The notes beneath the pieces are model-generated. The model did no database searches, was not told the DNA's origin, and saw nothing but the letters and a program-made list of their open reading frames with translations. DNA of 64,000 bases from Eukaryota sp. TZLM1-RC (lineage: Eukaryota > Protista > Metamonada: BaSk clade). Each line of letters starts with the position of its first letter. Positions within the stretch are counted from its first letter, which is position 1. Positions 35,350 through 47,594 of this stretch are shown here, in pieces. Both the position numbers and the translations under genes were made by a program. Location: contig JAUPSS010000004.1 of assembly GCA_040285825.1 (NCBI GenBank), forward strand, positions 124,001 to 188,000. The letters run 5' to 3'.

Positions 35350-38200
35350 TGTTGCCTAAAGTCTAATGTAATAAGAAAAGTCTGATTTGTTTTCCAATGA
35401 TATGATATAAGCCTTAGGATGCCAACACTACTTCTTGCCTTTTTCACAATCTATCAGCTTATATGAATATGAAACAAAACTATAAACAAATAACCAAATA
35501 AATCGCTTCCTAATTCTGATGCTACGTCTAGAGCGCTTAGGAAGCGTAGATTCAATGGAGGTGACTTATCGTTGACTAGTGGCACGCTTACCAATTTTTT
35601 TTATTCTTACTAAATAGCCCATAGGGTTCTATGTGTTGGAGAGGCTTTTTCCGTTGTCTCACCGCCAAACCATTGAAGAGTACAGAAACTACCTGAGTCA
35701 GAGCTATATTCTGAGAGGATTTTCTCTTTAACGTGTTTTCCGACATCGCCTGCTGCGACTGCTTTGAGAAATTTAATATCCTGTGGGCTCTCAGCGTTAT
35801 AGATTTTACAATCTTTCTTAGCATCTTTTAATCCTGTGCCAGTAGTAAGATTTTTTAATAATGAAGTGTATTTGGAAGGGGTGTCAATAACTAAGAACGG
35901 TCTATTCCAAGATCCATGCAGTTTACTATTTTGTTTGGTTTCACGTAACATTTCACCAATATTAAATACTAGAAAACACGAATCAGTATTATCTGCTGCA
36001 GTAGGAGTATCAAATGTTTGATGACGCTCTGCTTCTTCCCTTTTTTCCTGAGGACGATATTTTTAAATTTAATGTCATCCAATAAAGGTATATTAGTTTC
36101 GAATTTAGATAATTTTATTACTATGTTTGCAGGGTCTGTTCTTGGACTAATCGAGGAACTGACCATAAGTTTGTATGGAGTAACACCAGTTTTTCTGCTT
36201 TGAGTCGAATTTATTAATAGTTGGGATATGGGTACATAGGTTGACCAATTTTCGTAATCATTAAAATCTATTAATAGTTTCCTTAAGAATTGAAGAACGT
36301 CTCTATGTTTACGTTTCACAAAACCATTACTTTCTGAATAGTGGGGTTATTGAGTAACTCATCTCAATTGATAATCTATTACACACTATTTTGAAGGTCT
36401 CATCGGCAAACTCGGAACCATATCACTATGAATTAACATAGTTACACCAAAGATGGCACAATCATTCCAAATCAAAACGTCTGCGGTTTCTAAGGCAATG
36501 AGTTCTTTTAGAGGGACTAAAATTGGATATCCAGTAAAAGAGTCTACCAATAATAATAAATATTCATTTCCTTGTTAGTGTTCAGAGGTCCAATTGTATC
36601 GACGTTTAATCTGGCAAATGGAGAGTCTGTACACAGAGATCCTGTGGAAGGTGTTTTTGACATTTTAAATGGAGCCGTTTTTTTTGACAAGTTGGGCAAC
36701 TTCTGACATGATTTATAAGGTCCTTTAGCAAATTAGGCCAATAAAAATCACCTTTGGATAGATTGTGTAAACTATCGTTTTTGCTGGGGTGGCCAGATTG
36801 AACTAAACCATGTATCAATAATAGTGCCAGTTTTCTGAGTTGTCAGCATGCTGAGTAGCCATAGCAAGATGTTGGTGTAGAGGAGGAGAGTAAATACTAT
36901 GGTTTATTAAAGAAAAGTGATGTAATGTAGCTTTATAAGGTTCGATATCAGAGGAGGACAAAGAGTAGGAGCTTAGGCAAAAAGGGTACGTAGCTTTTAT
37001 GCGTTGATCTTCTTTAAGAACCTCTTGGATGCAGTCTATTATTCAGTTGACGGAGTTGGCTCTAGAATCGTTAGAGGAGTGTGTTACCTGATTAACACTT
37101 TTTCGTGTGTTATGCTTCTTTGAGAAGGAAGCCTAGCAGCCTTGAGGACGACGAGATTTCTGGCTGGCCTTGCATTTGGCTTTAGAGCAATCTTTGGTCA
37201 TATGACCGGGCTATCTGCAATGAAAGCATTTACAGGAGAGTCTTGACGAGCGCTTGAATAACTAGACCGGTGGGATTGAGAAGTAGCAGGTTGTTTGCCT
37301 GAAAAAGGAACAGAACGGGAGGGGGAGTTGCGATATTGTTAATGAGGGGTTCTACGAGAGGAAGGAGATTGACGAGGGGAGCGAGAGTCTCTTGAGGGAG
37401 GAGGAGCAGTATCTTTATTTGCACAATATCCCGCATAGGGGAGGTGATAAGCGGGAAGGAGCCCGCGGAGGCGAAAGACGAGAGAGGCTAAGCTATAGAT
37501 GGTTCCAACTTCAATATCAGTTTTAAGCACTAGCTTAAGCTTGTCAGGATGGATTCCGTTGACAAAGAACTTCATCTTAGCCGAATCAGGAAATGGAGAA
37601 AGACAGAGTCGAACAAGTTTGAGAAACTGAGAGATGTACGAGCAGCATAGCTTCAAACAAGCGGTCTTCTTCAGAGCTGCAACGGAATTCGAATGAGGCT
37701 AATCCAGAGCGAGCAGGAGGAGTAGAGGCGGAGAAACCAGCTTCTTTTGAAGGATCTTCCAGAGGATGGGAGGAAACGGGCTGAGCACTGATTTGATTGA
37801 TCAGGTTCGGTATTAGAGTCAGAGGCTTCTTCTAAAGCTTGAAGGCGAAATGACTCGAGAAAGTCTACTTCTCCAGTCTTCAATCTCCATGGACATAGCG
37901 GAGATGGCAGAGCTCGCATCAACAACAGAGGTAGGACGGAAGGCTTCTCTGGTGGAAGAGGACTGGGAATGAGTGGCGAAAGGATATCTTGTCGCATCAA
38001 ACAAGACATGACAAGACATACGCTGAACACAACCTTTGATGTTTTAACATAGCAGGAGACGGATTCTCGACTGGTATGACTTAAGTATGGAGCAACAAAG
38101 TTAGCTGAGGTCGAGAACGGGACGGATTCTCTACGGGCTCCAGTAATTACTGTTGCTATCTGTGCACGGTTCATCATAAGCTAATAAAAACGGGCGTTTA
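35350..38200 (-). mobile_element. Degenerate Ty3/Gypsy LTR retrotransposon: gag with CCHC knuckle and integrase, no RT, 78-bp 3' LTR
   Basis: gag 37150-38177 with CFHCR*PGHMTKDC; integrase H..GHP..FYWP..C..C, VDSFTGY, HSDMVPSL, NSTQSRKTGVTPY, KLHGSWNRPF. LTR 35350-35427 bounded by TGTTG..CAACA and preceded by a purine tract. Confidence 0.85.
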
Positions 38201-38449
38201 TGAACAGAAATATAAGAAATCAAGAAATATATACAACTTATACAATAAGAAGCTAAGATGACGTGATCCACTTTCCTAACAGGGAAAGTTACGTTTAGCC
38301 ACGGCTATTACAATATCAATACTGCCACCCGAGCACCGATTACCATATCAATTTCCAGCAACGTTATGATCTTCAATGGTTCATTAGAAAAGCTAAGTGT
38401 ATCACGTGTGATGATGTTGATCTGACTTCTTTAAAAAATGACATTGATG

Positions 38450-39110
38450 ATTTATTGTTTTTTGTTCTGCTGAATTGGGTGAAATTGGTTTCACTAAATC
38501 TTCGATTTTATGTAAAGCAGCTATTTTAGGAGGTGGAAAAATTGTATTTTTGAATTTTTACAAAGGTTTCCTGATGATGTTCATCTGATCCATGGTAAAT
38601 GAAATTTTAATTTAAATCAACTTCAGATTGAATTAGATAAATTGCCTAGTGATATCTGGATTCAGTGCATTCCTCAAAATGTTCAAGACATTCGAACCGA
38701 TCACTTCCAAATTTACGTTTTTGCCTGAAAAAGCTTCAGTACCATCAGATTAAATTATATGAAGGCTTCGATTATGAAGTAAGACTTGGCCTGGTCAAAA
38801 CTGAAAATCCCAATTTCGGTAATTTTTTAAAGGACATTCGTGATAGTTCTGCTGCTGCTTTAGTAACTCAAATTCCCTCTGTTTATGAACATTTTTTTAA
38901 AAAACAATGAATGACTTAAACATGCGTTTTTGTTGTTTTTTGTGGCCAAACAATTTGCCCAATTATTTAACTTGTAAATGTTGTAAACCTCTTTTGTTTA
39001 CTCATCATTTTAATTGTGAACATTTTATTACATTTAGAAGCAAAGTGCATACTAATGTCAGGGACCAAATATATTTAATGTGCAAATCAATTTTTGTGGA
39101 TTTACTTAAA
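38450..39110 (+). mobile_element. CRE-like retroelement fragment (post-RT to zinc knuckle)
   Basis: Parallels 2230-2840: AELGEIGF..CKAAILGG..DSSAAALVTQIP..MRFCCFLWP..CKC..HFNC..RSKVH..VRDQ. Confidence 0.7.
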
Positions 39111-39149
39111 TCAAAATTTTTAATTGTTATTGGGGTGTGATTTGGTAAT

Positions 39150-39500
39150 GAGAAGAACGATTGTCCAAAAAGCAACACGCACGGCAATAGAACATTTCGG
39201 GTAAAAATACTCTAGCACTTTGTTCGGATGCTTTCGACATTTGATTGCAGCAGTAATAGTAAAAATGTGCACATTGAGAAAATCGCTGATGGTCTTACTG
39301 ATTGTAACATGCCAGGGAACAACACTTTTCCATGACTTCAAGGCCAATGGTACATTTCATTCAATCTTGTTCCACGATGATCAGTCGGTCTATAGATATA
39401 GAGTATATGAATAGATCAGTATAGACTCTTAAGAAACTACAATACTACAAAGTAGAAAAAGGGTCTGAAGACGAAGACGTCGAGGTCATTGCAACATCTC
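39150..39500 (-). pseudogene. Possible degenerate RING/B-box (TRIM-like) gene
   Basis: KCTIGLEVMEKCCSLAC (RING-like) and KCRKHPNKVLEYFYPKCSIAV (B-box2-like) in broken frames. Confidence 0.3.
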
Positions 39501-39525
39501 AAACAAAGAGAGAGAAAAGGAACTA

Positions 39526-39571
39526 CTGTGAATTTCGCTTTTCATGCATTCTCCTTTGTGATTTTCACTTC
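39526..39571 (+). repeat. Left terminal inverted repeat of the IS630/Tc1-Fanzor transposon, preceded by TA
   Basis: CTGTGAATTTCGCTTTTCATGCATTC matches the reverse complement of 47842-47867 at 24/26; TA at 39524-39525. Confidence 0.8.
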
Positions 39572-39606
39572 TAAAGAATAATCAGAAATTTTCGACCTCC
39601 TTATCT

Positions 39607-39915
39607 ATGTTTGGTCCTTCTTCATTACCACCTTTTCCTCTCACTTTTGATGATTCATTCAACTTTTCGAATGCTCGGCCAACTTCTCCATCAACAGTTG
39701 ATACATCAAGTCCCGAAAATCTTGCATCTGACATAGTTGATGAAGCCCCTTCTGCCGTTATTTCGCTTTTCCCCTTGTCTTCTTATGCTCCTCGGCCTGT
39801 TGACGTTGCTTTTTCTTAAATCAAAGGTGGTAGACCTTTCTTGGAGAAACTGATCAATGTCTATGTTCCCTCTGATCTCCGAAATCTATCAGTTAGTACA
39901 TTCCAAGAAATTGTA
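39607..39915 (+). pseudogene. Probable N-terminal fragment of an IS630/Tc1-like transposase
   Basis: Directly inside the left TIR. RPFL..PSDLRNLSV resembles RPFL..SPDLKSLSV at the start of the minus-strand transposase, and both share AGACCTTTCTT. Internal stop at 39819. Confidence 0.45.
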
Positions 39916-39958
39916 ATAGGTTTATACATAGAGGAACTCGAAAAAAACAATAAACCAC

Positions 39959-40678
39959 CTATTCTTCCTGATGAACATGGAAAAAAAGTGTCCCTGTGAC
40001 CTCAATAGCAACAACAGCACTTACTTGGACCTGTAGCATTTCAGGTTGTACAGTGTATATGGATTGTCCTTTGGGAGAACGACCATAGGAACGAGCATTG
40101 ACTTGTGTTTTAAACGAAAGTTCATCAATAAAAACCAGTTGATGATGTAGTACAAGTCCAATGTCAAGCATATAATTAGTCTCTAACTTTGTTATAAGCA
40201 ACAACTTCGCCCTTCGGACAAGATTCTGGCACTTTTTGTATGAGTACCCATGTCTAACAAGTATTCTGTGAACAGTTGTTATGAAAATGGTTTTATTAAA
40301 CTTAGAGCGGACGAAAGAACGGATTTCTCGTAAGAAAGAAAGCGGATCCTTTTCAACGAAAGCTAGTAGTTCCTCTTCTTCTTCAGATGTCAAGATACAC
40401 CGAGAATCATGTGATAGGCAGTCTTCATCAGCAGATTCCTCCTCACTAACATAAAGACCGGCAAGTATCTTCTCCTGCCGTGTTTTGAGGGTTAGATAGT
40501 AGCTCACCCATTTACTGATGGATGATTGTGAAACTGAAAATAGTTCAGCTGTTTGTCTTTGTGTACAACCAAGATAAAGATAGGTGTACACAGCTCTTAC
40601 TTTGGTGTCTTCTGTGGGGCGTACAGACAGTGACTTAAGGTCAGGAGATGTCAAAAGAAGGTCAAAAGATAGCCCCAT
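39959..40678 (-). pseudogene. IS630/Tc1-mariner-like transposase, truncated in the DDE domain
   Basis: HTH TQRQTAELFSVSQSSISKWV; VEKDP..FLREI..TTVHRIL..GYSYKK; first catalytic D in LVFIDE; YGRSPKG; VSAVVAI. Stop before the second D. Confidence 0.85.
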
Positions 40679-40748
40679 AAGAAAGGTCTAGAATTGTAGA
40701 GGTCTAGAATTGGATTCGACCGATATTTCTGAAAATTGTAAACCTCAA

Positions 40749-41005
40749 CTGTGAAATTTACTCCTGTTTTTAACTTTCTTAATGTCATGTCCACTCACAG
40801 GCTGTAAGAGACATGTAGCGTCATTTGACAAAGACAATCATGATTTCATTAATGTGGTTCCTCACTTATATACACCTACTGCTTTTACAGAACAAAGCCT
40901 CACAACTTGATGTGTCTAGGTAAATCTACCAAATGTATTAGTAGCAATTGTTGATCGGTCTCAAAAGTTTTAGTTTGTTTTTGCTCAGGTTTTTCAATCA
41001 TCTTT
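40749..41005 (-). ncRNA. Second (degenerate) copy of the candidate Fanzor omegaRNA scaffold
   Basis: Collinear with 47595-47839, including a 52-nt block with one mismatch. Confidence 0.65.
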
Positions 41006-43600
41006 TTAACAGAGCTTTTGGGCAAATGTATCTCTCCGGACACAATTCCGCTCTCTGCTTAATTTGAACATTTTTTACAGTGGAATATCTCTGTCATGTG
41101 TTATGTAACACTCAGTAGGTATAACCATCTTCCATGAGACTGCTTGAATATTCTCATCTGCTTGTATTTAATTCAGTGGTTGAGTAGTACTTGACGTCCT
41201 TTTGATAACACCACCATTTTCTAAAAGCTTTTGCTGAGCGATATCGATTGATTTTTTTCGGTAATCAGGAGGGAAATCAGCAGAGCCTACAGCAAGGGAA
41301 AGTTTTTCAGGATACCCATCCAGCCTTGGAAATTTGTTGAGGCTCTCTCGGATCCATTTCTCCTTTCGTCTACGGTTGTCCGATTATCCATTTTGATTGT
41401 TTTCCATTTCTGGCGATTACTTTCCCCCTGACCAAAATCCAATGGTTTAAATATTGGTTGAAATTTTGAACGGAATATTGGTTGGAAAACTGTTCACTGG
41501 GTGAAAGTTTTGTCATGTATCTCCTGCATGTTAGACAAGGGATTACTCCACATTGATCATCATTTAAGAAGTAACCACATAAACTAGATTGGCCCAGATC
41601 AACACCGATAAGGAGCTTTTCAGGTATTGTTTCGACTGGATGTCTGCGTCTTGGCATTTTTTAGAACACTTCAACTGTTGCCGTAGGTCGGAAAGGAAGG
41701 GTTGGATAAAGACAATGAGGAAAAGTTGATTTATTTTCTAATCATAACATATAAGCCTTAGGGCGCCAACACTGCTTCTTCCCTTTTTCAAAATAAATCA
41801 ACGTATATGAATATAAAACAAAACTATAACAAATAACTCAATAACTATAAATACTAAGAGCTAAATACTAAATTCTAATGTTTTCTATTGTCTACAATTA
41901 TCTTTGTAGTGATTGGGATTCCCACAAACACTGGTTTCACATTTTGAAGATCGACAATTGATGTACTATGACTCTCCCACAATAATATTAGTATAAGGTA
42001 GTAAGCAATAACTGAAAAGGGCCTCGTTCCAAAATCTATGTGCTCGAATACTTTGTTGTGTATGTTTTAATCGCTCCATAAAGATGCTCTGCTTCTTCCC
42101 TTTTTCGTAAACGAGAAACGTGGTAGTGTTGTTTAGTAAAGGTATCATGGAATCGCAGAATGGATTCCCTGATAATTATGCAGGGTCTGTGTTGAATCAA
42201 AAACAACAGTAAGCAAAGTAACAAAGCTCAGAAACCTAAAGGCGGCGTCTTTTGTTGTTAACGTACTGGATTTTCGACTAAAAATATCAGAGGTACAAGG
42301 ACTGTATCTTTGCATTGTTGTACAATAACAGTGGAGGTGGAGTTTCTACTCGTAACCTCGTATTTGGTCGACCTTTCTCGTGTTTGGCGTGTCTGAGCTG
42401 CTCGAATGGATAAGAGTCCATTGATTCGAGGTAAGGCTCTGCGTCCTTGTTAGGAGTTTGTAGAATCCATCACTGGAGTCATCTTCCCCTTCCGTGGTAT
42501 GTACTCTCCTGAAGGGGTTGATTATGTAAAGTGGGGGTTCCATCCGTTTCTTTACTAGATGCTACATTAGGGAGGGGAGAGGGAACCAAGTCCGTTGTCG
42601 TGGCCTGCTCTGACTCTTCTGGGTTCTGCTTCCTTTGTGAGGGGAGAGGGAACCGGGTCCGTTCTCGTAACCTCTGAAGAAAAAACCATTTCCTTGAGAG
42701 GGCAGGAAGCCACGTCCGTCCTCTTAAACTCTATTAGGGTCTCCTTTAAAGTTCAAAGTTTGAAATCCAACGTTTCTTCCTCTCTTTGCAATTTGCTTCC
42801 ATAAAGGAGGGAGCTGCTCAAACAAACAGTAATCTGTAGATTCGAGGTGAGCCTCCGCGTCTTTCATAATTTGATGGCGAAGTCCTTTCTCTTCGTCATC
42901 CGATTTGTCTAAGACGGATTGAAGTTTTTCATATCCTTGAGGGACTGTCGAACTTGAACCAACATTTGCGTTTTTTGGTAAGGAACGGGGTGGTCCCATT
43001 TTTGAACCCTTTTGTGGTATTAAGTTGGACTTGGAAAAGGCGGCAGGCGGTTCCGAGCCTGGTTCCATCGGTTTTCCTTGAGGAGGGGCGGAGGTTGTCT
43101 TGACCCCGAGTCCTCGACTATACTAGTCTCTACTACTGCTCCTACTACTCCTTCTGTTGTCCGTATGCTAAATGTATCCCTGTCTTGTTCCTGCATGTTA
43201 ATTTTGACGGTGTCAGTATTTTGGCTGGAAGGGAATGACATGATATCTGCTAAAGATATCCTCTGTAAATAAAGCTGGGTGTTGTCAAAGTGGTATACCT
43301 ATTTACCTATATGGCCAATAATTATTGATGCCGTAGGTCGGAAAGGAAGGGTTGGATAAAGACAATGAGGAAAAGTTGATTTATTTTCTAATCATAACAT
43401 ATAGCATAACATTAGGGAACCAACACAAGTGTACTTCTCTGGTTTTGTTGGCATAAGGGTCACTTTTCAGTTCTTTTCTTGATATTCTTTTCCTTTTTGA
43501 TGGTTCGTCCAGGTTATTTGTGTTTACTGAATCATTATTTTTACCTTTCAATGTCAAAAGCAGGCCATTGCCATTTCTTTTTTCTGTAAAATTTTTTTCT
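41000..43600 (-). pseudogene. Degenerate second Fanzor copy (C-terminal half), split by an LTR element
   Basis: 41000-41675 encodes MPRRRHPVETIPEKLLIGVDLGQ..LAVGSADF..RYICPKALLKR and matches 46886-47594. 43426-43600 matches 46720-46890. Confidence 0.9.
41676..43425 (-). mobile_element. Non-autonomous mini LTR retrotransposon (1.75 kb, ~100-bp LTRs, TRIM-like)
   Basis: LTRs at 41676-41771 and 43326-43425 share a near-identical core and have TG..CA ends; purine tract GAAAAAGGGAAGAAGCAG before the 3' LTR; 4-bp TSD CAAC/CAAG; internal broken ORFs; 3' region homologous to 35400-35500. Confidence 0.85.
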
Positions 43601-44339
43601 GGTTATGTTGCAACGGAACCTTGAATAGACCTCCTTCCGCAACAAGTGTTTCTCTCTCAGTATTCTCTCTTGTTTTGGTTTCTGGTGTGTTTTTTATGGA
43701 TCGTTCTTTTCTCAATCATTCTAATTTCCCTCGCAAACCGTCTTTGCCAAGCCTTAGAAATCCTTCTGTACTCCTTTTACGTGTTTTCCTACTCATTGTT
43801 GGCCCTTTTTTACCTTACACTTGCTGTTGGTTGCCATAAATCAATTGTTCGACTCGTCCTAAACCCCACCACTCTCTTCGAATATGCCCATTCCTCTCCA
43901 TCGTCAGCTCGATTACAATCCAATTTTTCTCTTCTCTTAGACTCTGTCAAAATGGTTGATCAGAGTTGTTCACATTGCCTCAATTTCTTAAAACTTGAAG
44001 TAAGTTGTTTAAAAATTTCAAATTACCAGAGATTTTGGGATTTTGTAATTTAATGAAAAATGTTTGGAATTGTTTCGATCAAATTTCATTACCATACGAA
44101 TGGTAAAATTAGTTTTTTCAGACTTTTACCTTTTTTCCAGAATTTCAAGTCCACTTGTCTATTAGTTTGTTTGAATCAAATTAAAACTAAAATTCTCAAT
44201 TTGTATTTATTGATAAAATGGATTTCTTCCGTTTATAAAATTCAATTGTTTCACTGAAATAGAAATTGATTCCCATTTTTAAATTGTCTATTCAACCCAT
44301 CATAATTTAAAACAATAACAACATCCATGTTTTTTAGAT

Positions 44340-44525
44340 TGAACTACAACAGTTAGAAAATTAAAATCAAAACTAATGGGACTAAATTCAGGCAACAATC
44401 TCTTCATTGTTTTATCTTGAACCAATTTTTGAAAATCATCCAAAAAAATCCTGCTTCTACTGCTAGTCTTGCGTTTATCGACAATGAAAAAGCAACAAAA
44501 ATGTGGTGTGTTTCTATCTGGTTTC
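44340..44525 (-). mobile_element. CRE-like retroelement 3' fragment
   Basis: DKRKTSSRSRIFLDDFQKLVQDKTMKR; nucleotide similarity to 5570-5650. Confidence 0.65.
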
Positions 44526-45033
44526 CAGCTGCCACAACAACCCCTTTTGGAGGTCATCAAACAAAACAGCTGATGTAGATATCATGCTGTACAACCGATA
44601 CACGTGTACATTTTTAGTACTCAAAAAATTAATAAACATTTTATTCTATAATTTCTGAGAAGAAATCCTCGAACAAGCATCTATAAAAAGATGTTCATAG
44701 TTGAGATGAAGACTGTCTTTACTGTTAAACAAGTCCGCTAAGACAATTGTGTCAAACTAGACCAATTGGTTGACTAATCTTCAAACAAGAAGTGTTTCAG
44801 CTAGTGAGATATAGTAAATTGTGACAGAACGTAGTACAAAGTGAAAAACTTCAGCGAAAGTGGACACCATAAATAGTTAATGGAAGGAGAGCGACATAGG
44901 TTGATTAGAAGAGGGAATTGGCAGAAACATCCACGACTGGAGCAACAGAAATTGAAAGAATTAGCTCAGAGGGATTTTGATGGGGATTATTATTCAACCA
45001 AACGCCAGCTAGTAATTTGTCATTTTGGGATTC

Positions 45034-45384
45034 TTAGATTACTTCACACTCAAGTTGCTGGTTTAGTGATTGAACACTGCTCATTTCTTGGTTAAGTTGT
45101 GATATGTGCGCATCATGAGAGTGTAGAGACGACAGAGCAAGGGAAAGAGAGGACTGTAGTTGAGATTCAATTGAGGTAAGTTCTGCATTGATATCATGGC
45201 GAAGGTCATTGAGATCAGAACGAAGCGAGAACGCATTTGAAACCTTCTGGAGTGTGTCTGGAGCGAACAATACATCACTTACTTGTGGAAGAGGAAGATT
45301 ATGTGATTTGCAGTAGTTTTGATAAGTAGTGATTGTGTGTTTAAGCTGAATCACCTTGGTTTGTAAAGAATTGAGTTTAGACAT
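45034..45384 (-). CDS. Hypothetical coiled-coil protein (possibly truncated)
   Basis: 116-aa ATG ORF with heptad-like Leu spacing; the frame continues past the TAA. Confidence 0.4.
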   Translation of the reverse strand: MSKLNSLQTKVIQLKHTITTYQNYCKSHNLPLPQVSDVLFAPDTLQKVSNAFSLRSDLNDLRHDINAELTSIESQLQSSLSLALSSLHSHDAHISQLNQEMSSVQSLNQQLECEVI

Positions 45385-45639
45385 CGGCTAATAACACAAA
45401 ACGTCAAACAGTGGTAACCTGTTGAGATTAATGGAGGACGTGGATAAAATGAACTGAGATGCTGAACTACTCAGTTGGAGAATTCTTACAAAGTAAATGG
45501 AAAGTGTGGGAAAGTGTGGGAATAGTGAAAACCTCCCAAAACCAAGTTGAGGGTTAAAAACCTCCCAGAATAGGCAACCAGAAGTCGAAAATGGGTGACA
45601 AGTGTAAAATTTGATAGATGAGCTCTTTATTCTCACTAC

Positions 45640-47594
45640 ATGTCAGACACCCCCTCTGTATCACGTGTATTCACTCGGTCTTGTGCACTTAACTCGCTGC
45701 TGACCCCTGCAGCGGTGCAACAAATTCGGACTGACCTTCCTGTGGTCACCGAGATTTGTCATGAAGCGTCTTTATTACTTCAATCTTTTTCTTCTAAATT
45801 TTCCGTTGGCATCAAGAGGTTTAGTGGAACAGGATGTATGGTATCTGTTTATGACCGTCATCACCACTGGTTCTTTTCCAAAGCCTTCCACATCTAAAGG
45901 CCAACGCCAATTACTCCATATCTTTTACAATGGATTTCTTCCTGAATGCCCACAAGACAGGTCTCTTGTTTCTGTGTGGGAAAATTCTTTAGTGCCTTAC
46001 AGAAATTCATTCCATCTTTTCCTCAATGATTGGCTGCAGTCCCAGAACTGTAATTTTATCAATAGAAAAGGGCTTTCTTCTTATCTTGCCTGTCGTGCTC
46101 GTCAATTGGCCTCCAACGTTAAGACATGTTTACCCAAAATTTGTCAATCCTGGACAAAAACTTTATTCGTGCTCATTGTAGAGCCCTGAATAAAACAAAT
46201 GTCTTTGCAAATAATATTCTTTCACTTTTGCCAGATGAACTACTAGCCCAACCCGAGGAAGTAGTAGTTGATTCTGTTCTTGAATACCTCATCAATTTCA
46301 ATTTGAATAATTCAAGAGAAAGATTTTTTTTATTGAATGCATGTAGGTTTATCTTGAATCTCTTTCAAAGATTTCCTACCACTGCCTCCCTACTGTCCTC
46401 ACATGATAAAATCACTTTTTCATCAAAGGAAATTAGTGAGCTTTTTCTCTTCAATCTTAAAATTTCACAATACTTACTCACTTTCTTTTCTCATATGCAT
46501 TGCTGGAAGAAATTTAGAATAATACCTTTAGCTTCTCATAAAGGTTCTAAATTTATTGAGGTACCTTCACAAATTTTCCACTCTGTGAAAAAATTTCCAA
46601 TTATTGAAGGATCATCTTCCAAAACAAAGTTTATCAAAAATACATGTCTGAAACGAGTATTCAAACAATGTCCTTACCAAAAATTCAATATCAACAGAAA
46701 AAGTTTGAAAAATAGATTTAACAAAATTTTATTGAAAACTAATGGTAATGAACTGCTTTTGACCTTTGAAGGTAAAAATAATGACTCAGAAAACACAGAT
46801 GAGCTGGATGAACCACCGAAAAAGAAAAGAAGATCAAAAAGTGAAATGAAAAGTGACCCTAATGCCAACAAAACCAGAGAAACACAGTTGAAGGGTACTA
46901 AAAAATGCCCCGTCGAAGACGTAGACATCCAGTCGAAATTTTACCTGAAAGGCCCCTTATCGGCGTTGATCTTGGCCAATCAAGATTATGTGGTTACTTC
47001 TTAGATGATAATCAATGTGGAGTTATCCCTTGTCCAACTGGCAGAAGATACATGACAAAAAATTCACCCAGTAAACACTCTCCCAACCAATATTCCGTTC
47101 AAAATTTCAACCAATATTTGAACCATTGGAATTTGGTCAGGAGGAAAGTGTATTTGGAAAGTAATCGCCAGAAATGGAAAATAATTAAATTTGATAACCG
47201 CAGACGAAAAGAGAGACGGTTCAGAGAGAGTCTCAACAAATTTCAAAGTCTGGCTGGACATCCTGAAAAACTCTATCTTGCTGTGGGTTCTGCTAATTTC
47301 CCTTCTCATTGCCGAAAAGTCAATCGATATGGATCAGCAAGGGCTTTCAGAAAATGGTTGTGTTATCAAAAGGACGTGAAGCACTTGTCAACCAGTGAAT
47401 TTAATACAAGCAAAATGTCAAGTTGTTGCATGGCCGAGAATATTCAAGCAGGCTCATGGCAGATGCGTATTTGTACTGAGTGTCAAATAGTATATGACAG
47501 AGATATTTCCGCTGCAAAAAATATTCAAATTAAGAAGAAAGCGGAATTGTGGCCGGAAAGATACATTTGCCCAGATGCTCTGCTGAGGAGATGA
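45640..47594 (+). CDS. Fanzor (Fanzor1-like, TnpB-related RNA-guided RuvC nuclease), ~650 aa across three frame breaks
   Basis: N-terminal EICHEASLLL and ARQLASNVK; RuvC-I LIGVDLG; LAVGSANF; RuvC-II TSEFNTSKMSSCC; zinc finger CTEC; RuvC-III YDRDISAAKNI; NLS-like PPKKKRR. Frame breaks near 45790, 46157 and 46900. Confidence 0.88.

Noticed and set aside
45805-45832. 28-nt GT-AG segment that could splice out the first Fanzor frame break
   Set aside because: Donor GTTGGC is unlike the host GTNYGT and there is no branch motif; a homopolymer indel is simpler.
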